Position numbers and translations under genes: made by a program
Origin: Chloroherpetonaceae bacterium
Lineage (GTDB): Bacteria > Bacteroidota > Chlorobiia > Chlorobiales > Thermochlorobacteraceae
NCBI GenBank assembly: GCA_046292465.1
Contig: JBKBRB010000005.1
Span: 22,536 to 86,535, forward strand
DNA: 64,000 nucleotides
Direction: 5' to 3'
The notes under the pieces: generated by a model
What the model was told of the DNA's origin: nothing
The model's input: only the letters and a program-made list of their open reading frames with translations
The model's database searches: none
In this document: positions 57,452-64,000 of the stretch, one piece after another
Position numbering within the stretch: position 1 is the stretch's first letter
How the letters are laid out: every line of letters starts with the position of its first letter

Positions 57452-59392
57452 TCAACGGAGCAAGGCTTTCACGAGCAATTCAACATCTAAACCGAGCGTC
57501 GAGTTTTTTGCATAAAACACATCGAGCGATTCCTTGTCGAGAAGCTTGTTTTTTTGAAGCGACCACAAACTCCACACGCCAAGTTTTCCGACAAACACGC
57601 CCCCCTTTGAATAGCCATTGAACGATTCCGCCGCGCCAATCCAAGTTTTTTGGTTCGTAATAACTTGCCAAAGCGATTTGAAAATGTGCTTATGTCCAAC
57701 AAGAAATATCACAGGCGAAAGCAAAAGCATTATTGGCACGAGAGCAAGGTCGAAAAGGCGTTTGCCAAGTTGGCGCGACTTGTGCGAAAGGTTGAACTCT
57801 ACATCGGCAAGCGGCACGCTCGAAGCCAATTCATCAATCGCACCTTTGCCAATCATCACGTCCATGCCTTGCGGCACGATTTTGAAATCCATCGCACGAC
57901 CGTTGCACCGCGTAATCGCGCTCAAAACTTGTGTGTTCGTCAAAGCAGGCGAAACGAAAATCAGTTCGCTAATCCGATTGATGCGCGTAATTTCGTCAAT
58001 GTTTTCAAGGCTTCCGAGCACACTTCCTGCGGGCAAGGTTTCTGAACGGGATTCATCTGTGGCGATAAATCCGACGACGCTATAGTTCTTGCCGACTTCG
58101 TTCAAAAGTTTTTCCGCCACTTGTTTGGCGACCTCTTCCGTGCCGACAATCGCCACGCGCTTTTCAGGTTCAAACGCGCCACTGAAACTGCGTTGAATCA
58201 TCACCCTTGCCAAAAGTCGCCACCCAAACACCAGCGCAAAGAGCATCAAGTAAGAAAACCCAAGTCCTGCGCGTGAAAAAGCAACCGCCTTGAAAAAAAA
58301 GTTGAACGTCGAAGAAATTGCAAAGCCTGTTATCAATGCAGGAAAGAGTTTTTTGAGCGAATAGGTATAGCCTTCGCGATATTGTCCAAACGACACAAAC
58401 GCCAAGAGTTGAACCACCACATACACCGGCAAGGCAAACTCCAAAAACGTTTCGGGATACTCATCGAACTTCCACTTGAAGCCGACCAAGCACGAAACCA
58501 CCACGCACAGCGCATCAATCATCGGAACATACACGTGCGCCAAGAGCCGCCGCAAAAACGCCAGCGACGCGCGCGCATAAATGCCCGTAACTAAAATCGC
58601 CTCGAACCACTTCGACGAGGCGTAATACTTCCGCACAAAAATGAGCATCGCTTCATAAAACTGCACCACATAATTGAAACTCATTTTCTTCGCGCTCTCG
58701 CCTTTGTAGTGAATGATTTGCGTGCCGGGGTAGTAGTAAATTTTCCAGCCTGCTTGCTTAATGCGGTAGCACCAGTCTAAATCTTCGCCATACATAAAAA
58801 ACGCCTCGTCAAAAAGTCCGACCGTTTCCAAAACTTCGCGGCGCAAAAACATAAACGCGCCCATCAAGGCATCGACTTCGTAAGTCTCTTCGGTTGAAAG
58901 GTAGGTGAGATTATATCGCGCAAAGCGTTTGCTCTTTGGAAAGAGCCGCGAAAGCCCAACGATTTTGTAGAACGACACTTCGGGACTTGGGAAACCTCTT
59001 CGGCAAGAAAGTTGAAATGTGCCATCTGCATTGAGCAGTTTGCACCCTGCCGCGCCAATTTTTTCATCGGTTTTCATAAAGGCAATCATCTTTTCTAAGG
59101 TGTCTTCTTGCAGGAGCGTATCGGGATTGAGCACAAGCACAAACTCGCCTTTGCACAAACGAAGGGCTTGATTGTTGGCTTTGCCGAAACCAACGTTTTC
59201 TTTGTTCAAAATCAAGTGAATGTTTGGCGCGTTGAACTTCGCTTTGAGCATCGATTGTGTGCCGTCGACAGAGTTGTTATCGACGACGAAAATTTCACCG
59301 TCGATGTTCTGCATCGCTTTTAGCACGGAGTAAAGGCACTGCTCTAAAAACTCCTTGACGTTGTAACTGACAATGACGATGGAAAGCGTCAT
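57452..59392 (-). CDS. GT2 glycosyltransferase fused to membrane, CoA-binding-like and degenerate sugar-transferase domains
   Basis: IVIVSYN, VVDNNS, LNPD and FFMYGEDLD; then TM helices, VAIVG...VVGFI and KRLFDL. Confidence 0.85.
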   Translation of the reverse strand: MTLSIVIVSYNVKEFLEQCLYSVLKAMQNIDGEIFVVDNNSVDGTQSMLKAKFNAPNIHLILNKENVGFGKANNQALRLCKGEFVLVLNPDTLLQEDTLEKMIAFMKTDEKIGAAGCKLLNADGTFQLSCRRGFPSPEVSFYKIVGLSRLFPKSKRFARYNLTYLSTEETYEVDALMGAFMFLRREVLETVGLFDEAFFMYGEDLDWCYRIKQAGWKIYYYPGTQIIHYKGESAKKMSFNYVVQFYEAMLIFVRKYYASSKWFEAILVTGIYARASLAFLRRLLAHVYVPMIDALCVVVSCLVGFKWKFDEYPETFLEFALPVYVVVQLLAFVSFGQYREGYTYSLKKLFPALITGFAISSTFNFFFKAVAFSRAGLGFSYLMLFALVFGWRLLARVMIQRSFSGAFEPEKRVAIVGTEEVAKQVAEKLLNEVGKNYSVVGFIATDESRSETLPAGSVLGSLENIDEITRINRISELIFVSPALTNTQVLSAITRCNGRAMDFKIVPQGMDVMIGKGAIDELASSVPLADVEFNLSHKSRQLGKRLFDLALVPIMLLLSPVIFLVGHKHIFKSLWQVITNQKTWIGAAESFNGYSKGGVFVGKLGVWSLWSLQKNKLLDKESLDVFYAKNSTLGLDVELLVKALLR

Positions 59393-60594
59393 GGAATCGG
59401 TTGGTTTCTCGGTTGAAGCCCAGCGGCGCAAGCGTAAAGTTCAAGCCACTCGATATCGAGTTTGAAGCGAATGTTTGCGCTATGTGTCAGCGCGTAGACG
59501 GCGGTAAAATAGCACAGCGTCAAAGTGAGCGCGATAGCAAAACGCCGATTAAGTTTCCACAGCCTTATCATTCCCCAAATGAACAACACATTCAGCACAA
59601 CAACGGGCAAAACGCGCACCAGCAAAAATTGAAGCGACACTTGCTCGAAATATCGTGGCGGAAATAGCCAATAAAGCACGGCTTGCCAAATTGTTTTTTG
59701 CGCGTAAAGCATCGGCTTGGCTTGAACGGCTTCGAGAAAGGCACTTTTGTAGTGCGCTTCCATTGCCACATCGCCAAGTTTTTGTTGAAGTGAGTTTAAT
59801 TGTTGGATTTTTTCAGAATCAATAAACTCGAATTGATGAAGTCCGTTGTATTCAGGAAGCAAGCCAACGTAAAGGTTCATATAAAACGGCGATTTCGTTG
59901 GAATGATTTTTTCAAACACAAGCCAGTTGCGTGCGGTCCAAATTGAAATCGGCAAGAGCATCAGCGCGAAAACAAGCGTGAGCGATTTTATGCGCGAGCG
60001 AAGCATCAGCGCAAGGCAGAAGGCAATCGGCACGAGAGCAATCGGCTGTGTGAGCACGAGCGTTCCTGAAAGCAATCCAAACCACGCACAAGCACGAACG
60101 CCAACAGCAGATTTAACGACGCCAATCAGCCCTTCAAGCCAAAGGAGCGCGAGCGGCACGAAAAGATTTGTGGCTTCAATCACGGTTGGATAGTAAAGGT
60201 AGGACGGATGAACGAGAAACAAGAGCGCGGCGAGTTTTCCCAATGTTTCTATTTCCAACGCTTTGCTAATGCGCAAGAAAAAAATCGGCAGGAATGCAAA
60301 CAGTGCGTGCTGAACAAGTGCCACAGCGAGTTTTGCGCTTTCGCCAAAGAGCACCACAAACACGGCAAGAAACAAGGGATAAGCGGGGGCTTTGAGTGCT
60401 GTCAAGTGCCAATCGTTCTCGAATCCGCCGTAAGCGAAGCCATCGCCGTGCGCAAGGTGCTGAGCAATGTTGAAATCTTCAACGGCGTGAATGTGAGGCT
60501 GTGCGAGCCATAGGAAACTCCATCGTGCAAGCAGTGAAATTGCGCAAAGCCTTGTGAGTAGAGGCATGTTGAGCCGATTGAGCCACGCGCTCAT
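59389..60594 (-). CDS. GT-C fold (ArnT/PMT, family 39-like) membrane glycosyltransferase
   Basis: EDFNIAQHL..GDGF, PAYPLF and IEATN; multi-TM; ATGA overlaps at both ends. Confidence 0.75.
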   Translation of the reverse strand: MSAWLNRLNMPLLTRLCAISLLARWSFLWLAQPHIHAVEDFNIAQHLAHGDGFAYGGFENDWHLTALKAPAYPLFLAVFVVLFGESAKLAVALVQHALFAFLPIFFLRISKALEIETLGKLAALLFLVHPSYLYYPTVIEATNLFVPLALLWLEGLIGVVKSAVGVRACAWFGLLSGTLVLTQPIALVPIAFCLALMLRSRIKSLTLVFALMLLPISIWTARNWLVFEKIIPTKSPFYMNLYVGLLPEYNGLHQFEFIDSEKIQQLNSLQQKLGDVAMEAHYKSAFLEAVQAKPMLYAQKTIWQAVLYWLFPPRYFEQVSLQFLLVRVLPVVVLNVLFIWGMIRLWKLNRRFAIALTLTLCYFTAVYALTHSANIRFKLDIEWLELYACAAGLQPRNQPIP

Positions 60595-61385
60595 AACTTC
60601 CCGAACAGACTGCGCAATTTGAGCAACCAGACCATCCAAATGGCTTCCCAAATGATTTTCTTCGACATTTTGGATTTGCCGACGGTTCTATCGATAAACA
60701 CAATCGGAATTTCTTTGATGCGAAATCCGCGATGCCAAGTTTTGAAGTTCATTTCAATTTGAAATGAGTAGCCGCCGCTTCGGATGTTATCCAAGTCTAA
60801 GGTCTCGAGCACTTCGCGGCGGAAGAGTTTGAATCCGCCTGTTGGGTCTTGAATCGGCATGCCGGTAATGATGCGCGTGTAGAGGCTTGCGCCGACGGAG
60901 AGAAACAAGCGCGAGAGCGGCCAGTTGACGACATTAGCGACAGAGCCAACATAGCGCGAGCCAATCACTAAATCGGCTTCTTTGATGGCAGAAAGAAAGA
61001 GCGGAATCACGCGCGGGTCGTGTGAAAGGTCGGCGTCCATTTCCATCACGAAGTCGTAGCCATGTTCGAGGGCAAACTTGAATCCGCGCACGTAAGCCGT
61101 TCCAAGTCCGAGTTTGCCTTCGCGCTCGATGAGATGCACGTGCGGGTTTTGAGCGGCAATTTCTTTGACCACGTCGGCAGTGCCATCGGGCGAGTTATCA
61201 TCAACGACCAATACATCGACATCAGGGAGTTCCAAACTGAAAATGATTTCCAGAACCAGACGAATGTTTTCCGCCTCGTTGTAGGTAGGGATAATCACCA
61301 GCGTTTTGCCTTCTGCTAAATCTTGCACCGGCGGCAGAGAAAACCCGATGGTCGAGAGTTGAGAAAAATTTTTGATTGACGTCAT
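60591..61385 (-). CDS. Polyprenol monophosphomannose synthase (Dpm1/Ppm1-like GT2)
   Basis: IIPTYNE, VVDDNSPDGT, MDADLSH, IGSRY and GYSFQIEM motifs. Confidence 0.9.
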   Translation of the reverse strand: MTSIKNFSQLSTIGFSLPPVQDLAEGKTLVIIPTYNEAENIRLVLEIIFSLELPDVDVLVVDDNSPDGTADVVKEIAAQNPHVHLIEREGKLGLGTAYVRGFKFALEHGYDFVMEMDADLSHDPRVIPLFLSAIKEADLVIGSRYVGSVANVVNWPLSRLFLSVGASLYTRIITGMPIQDPTGGFKLFRREVLETLDLDNIRSGGYSFQIEMNFKTWHRGFRIKEIPIVFIDRTVGKSKMSKKIIWEAIWMVWLLKLRSLFGKL

Positions 61386-61483
61386 TGCTGAAAGAGGCGT
61401 CTGTTCATAAGCCCTTCGGAAAAAAAGCATTTTTAGATTCACATACAAGTGTATGCACAGGCACGGTTTCAACGCGCATAATT

Positions 61484-61524
61484 AAAAAGGCAAACACGTT
61501 TCATGTGAAAACCTGTTTGCCTTT
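61484..61524 (-). terminator. Terminator downstream of the ABC ATPase
   Basis: aaaggcaaaca...tgtttgccttt long stem; U tract on the minus strand. Confidence 0.7.
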
Positions 61525-61566
61525 CAAACGATGAAGAAAAGAACATAAACCTCTTGCGTGCAAGTT

Positions 61567-62682
61567 TCAGGTGAGTGCTTTTTCGGTTTGTTTATCGAAG
61601 AAGTGAACTTTTTCGGTGTTCAATTCAAATTCAAATTCTGTTCCGACCTCGGGCACTTGTCGCGCGTCGATGCGGGCGACGAACTGTCCATTATCGGCTG
61701 CGCTCGGCAGGCTAAGGTAAAGAAAAATTTCGTTGCCCATTGGCTCAACGACTTCTAAATTCAATTTCCCTTTTACGCCTGTTGCGACGCGCTTTTGAGA
61801 AGCGTCGTAGATGTCTTCGGGACGAATGCCGAGCGTTACTTCTTTGCCTGCGTGCATTTCTAATTTCTTCGCCAAGTGTTCAGGCAACTGAAACTCTAGC
61901 TTTCCTGATTTATCTCTGAACGTTAGCGTTCCATTTTTGTAGAGCACACCGTCGACGAAGTTCATAGCAGGGCTTCCGATAAAGCCTGCGACGAATCGGT
62001 TAGCGGGGTAATTATAGAGATTGAGCGGCGTATCGATTTGCTGAATGTATCCGTCTTTCATCACGACGATTCTATCTGCCATAGTCATGGCTTCGACTTG
62101 GTCGTGCGTTACATAAATCATCGTCGAGCCGAGCATTTTGTGAAGGCGAGAAATTTCGGTGCGTGTATGAACGCGCATTTTGGCGTCAAGGTTGGAGAGC
62201 GGCTCATCGAAGAGGAACACTTTCGGCTTGCGGACGATGGCTCTGCCGAGCGCGACGCGCTGACGCTGTCCACCTGAAAGGGCTTTGGGTTTTCGGTCGA
62301 GATATTGGGTTAATCCAAGGATTCGTGCGGCTTCATCGACGCGGCGTTTGATTTCATCTTTGGGATACTTGCGTAGTTCCAATCCAAACGCCATGTTCTC
62401 AAACACCGACATGTGTGGGTAGAGTGCATAGTTTTGAAACACCATCGCAATGTCGCGGTCTTTGGGCGGAACGTCGTTCATTTTCGCGCCATCAATCAGC
62501 AAATCGCCTGATGTAATTTCTTCTAATCCTGCAATCATTCTCAGCGTTGTAGACTTGCCGCACCCCGACGGACCGACCAGCACTACGAACTCTTTATCTT
62601 TGACTTCCAGATTGAAGTTATGGACGGTTTTCACTCCGCCTTCATAGACTTTTTCGACGTTGTTTAGAACGACGCTTGCCAT
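61567..62682 (-). CDS. Sugar ABC transporter ATP-binding subunit (MalK/MsmK/UgpC type), orphan
   Basis: [33 protein letters not shown] and C-terminal TOBE region. Confidence 0.93.
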   Translation of the reverse strand: MASVVLNNVEKVYEGGVKTVHNFNLEVKDKEFVVLVGPSGCGKSTTLRMIAGLEEITSGDLLIDGAKMNDVPPKDRDIAMVFQNYALYPHMSVFENMAFGLELRKYPKDEIKRRVDEAARILGLTQYLDRKPKALSGGQRQRVALGRAIVRKPKVFLFDEPLSNLDAKMRVHTRTEISRLHKMLGSTMIYVTHDQVEAMTMADRIVVMKDGYIQQIDTPLNLYNYPANRFVAGFIGSPAMNFVDGVLYKNGTLTFRDKSGKLEFQLPEHLAKKLEMHAGKEVTLGIRPEDIYDASQKRVATGVKGKLNLEVVEPMGNEIFLYLSLPSAADNGQFVARIDARQVPEVGTEFEFELNTEKVHFFDKQTEKALT

Positions 62683-62737
62683 AGAAAAACGACATTGGAA
62701 AAGGTTACTTGAAATTTTGTGTTACAAAAGAATATAC

Positions 62738-62766
62738 ACACGCATTTTTTCGTTACAAATGCGTGT
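62738..62766. terminator. Stem-loop downstream of mltD
   Basis: acacgcattt-N9-aaatgcgtgt. Confidence 0.5.
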
Positions 62767-62772
62767 TGGCGA

Positions 62773-64000
62773 TTACTTGCGCTTTTCTCTCGAGGCAGAC
62801 GCCATTGACCTTTTGTAGGTCTTGGTGCGCTTGTATTGGCGTCCGTAGCGCATTGCACTTGCGCTTTCGTCACTCAAATCAGCTCTTGAAAATGTGTATT
62901 GTTTTGCTACTTCTGCATTCACAGGAATCATCAGCACTGCACCTTTTTGGAGCGTCCAGCTTTTCAGCCCGTTGAACGCGTAAAGTTCGTTGGCGTCGAC
63001 ATGGTGTTTTTTCGCTAAGGCTTTTACCGACTCGCCGCCACGCGCTTTGTGCACAATGAAGTGTTTGCGCTCGGAAGGCGGCAGGTGCGTCATGGCGATT
63101 TCAATATCGTTCAGTCTGTTCAGTGGCACAACGAGCGGATAGTTGTCGTAAGCCGGTGGCGTCATGCCTTTGACGAGTTCAGGATTGAGAAGCACCAGCG
63201 TGTCAAGCGAAATTCGCGAATAGTATGCAATCGTTGAAAGTGGAATGCCTTGTGGCACTGGAAATTTGACAATTGGAATTGGCTCTTTGTAGCGTATCGG
63301 CTCGAAGCCGAATCGTTCAGGGTTCATGGCGATAATCGTTGCGGCAACAAAGCGTGGAGCGTATTCTTTTGTTTCGCGTCGGAAGTATTTGCGCACTTTC
63401 CAAAAATCTTTGGACTTGGCTTGTTTGATTGCGCGATTAACCTTTCCACCGCCAGCATTGTAGGCGGAAAGCGCTAAATACCAATCGCCATATGTTTCAT
63501 AGAGGCTTTTGAGAAAGCGCATCGAGGCGCGGGTTGATTTTTCAAGATTGCGCCGTTCATCAAACCATTGATTGCCCTCGAGGTCATATAATTTTCCTGT
63601 CGGTTTAATAAACTGCCACATGCCGAGTGCGTTGGCGCGGCTGTGCGCGTGCGGATTGACACCACTTTCAATAATGGCAAGGTTGATGATTTCAGGCGGC
63701 ATTCCTTCTTCGGCAATGATGCGCTCGAGCATCGGAAAGTAAATTTCCGCCCGTTTCAAATAGCGTTGAAAATGCTCCTTATGCCGCGTGCTGAAATAAG
63801 TGATGAACTTTTTGACTTCATCGTTGAGCTCCATCGGAATGGTCGTTTTCGGCATAATGAATCCTAAAAACTTGCTTTCATCGACCGTGATTTCATCGAC
63901 TTTTCCGAACAGGCGCTCGTGAATGGCGAGTGCAGGGTTGTCGCTGTCTAGTTCGCAGAGCGGCTGAATGTATCGATGATAGGTTTGAAGCGCGTAAAAG
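62773..64000 (-). CDS. mltD: Lytic murein transglycosylase, SLT + LysM (5' end beyond the window)
   Basis: IIESG, ALGMWQF, SAYNAG and ETKEY motifs. The frame stays open to the window edge. Confidence 0.88.
   Translation of the reverse strand, partial: FYALQTYHRYIQPLCELDSDNPALAIHERLFGKVDEITVDESKFLGFIMPKTTIPMELNDEVKKFITYFSTRHKEHFQRYLKRAEIYFPMLERIIAEEGMPPEIINLAIIESGVNPHAHSRANALGMWQFIKPTGKLYDLEGNQWFDERRNLEKSTRASMRFLKSLYETYGDWYLALSAYNAGGGKVNRAIKQAKSKDFWKVRKYFRRETKEYAPRFVAATIIAMNPERFGFEPIRYKEPIPIVKFPVPQGIPLSTIAYYSRISLDTLVLLNPELVKGMTPPAYDNYPLVVPLNRLNDIEIAMTHLPPSERKHFIVHKARGGESVKALAKKHHVDANELYAFNGLKSWTLQKGAVLMIPVNAEVAKQYTFSRADLSDESASAMRYGRQYKRTKTYKRSMASASREKRK

Noticed and set aside
61497-61512. parS-like sequence CGTTTCATGTGAAAAC
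   Set aside because: It has an extra A relative to GTTnCAnGTGnAAC, occurs once, and forms the inner part of a terminator hairpin.
62703-62759. Repeated GTTAC(AAA) upstream of the MsmK-type ATPase
   Set aside because: Short, irregularly spaced, and partly inside a hairpin.
399-63867. The many 60-220 aa antisense or alternate-frame ORFs in the track (e.g. 32180-32848, 10552-11190, 6584-7060)
   Set aside because: They are fully nested in well-supported genes and show no motifs or RBS; they are shadow ORFs.
1-64000. CRISPR arrays, IS/transposases, prophage, tRNA/rRNA
   Set aside because: Reading the sequence showed no spaced direct-repeat arrays, transposase/integrase/phage motifs or cloverleaf/rRNA signatures. 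An automated scan would be more sensitive.

Overview
This is a bacterial chromosomal window, densely coding. I found no IS, prophage, CRISPR array, tRNA or rRNA. Gene style suggests an FCB-group organism, most likely Chlorobiota/Ignavibacteria-like and possibly Chloroherpetonaceae; this is an inference from the QNYPNPFNP-type T9SS C-termini, PorV-like barrel, stand-alone GroES paralog, Hc1-like protein and gvp genes. Housekeeping genes include pstC, ahpC-ahpD, secDF, hemD, trpC, ffs (SRP RNA), a deoxyhypusine synthase-like gene, transaldolase, dapA, pstB-phoU, thiE, ppdK, recG, mtnA, thrBC, a glycosylation cluster, an MsmK-type ATPase and mltD. The main accessory region (8.1-27.1 kb, minus strand) is a polysaccharide-utilisation-like locus with no SusD. 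Its first unit runs TonB-dependent receptor, 1295-aa secreted protein with a T9SS-like CTD, translationally coupled PorV-like barrel, GluP permease, ROK kinase. Its second unit runs T9SS-secreted triple-LamG protein, GH92, GH3. Both units carry an identical 19-bp LacI-type operator-like sequence upstream. Other candidates worth a second look are a three-gene membrane cluster with three homologous 4-TM modules and a CxxxC(P/W) protein, an orphan gvpL/F-gvpG pair coupled to thrB, a perfect CRP-type box ahead of gamma-CA plus an MBL hydrolase, a CpxR-type box ahead of a Spy/CpxP-like gene with a kinase-less regulator, and a T9SS protein-DUF169-trpC chain. All family assignments come from motif recognition by eye; no database search was run.
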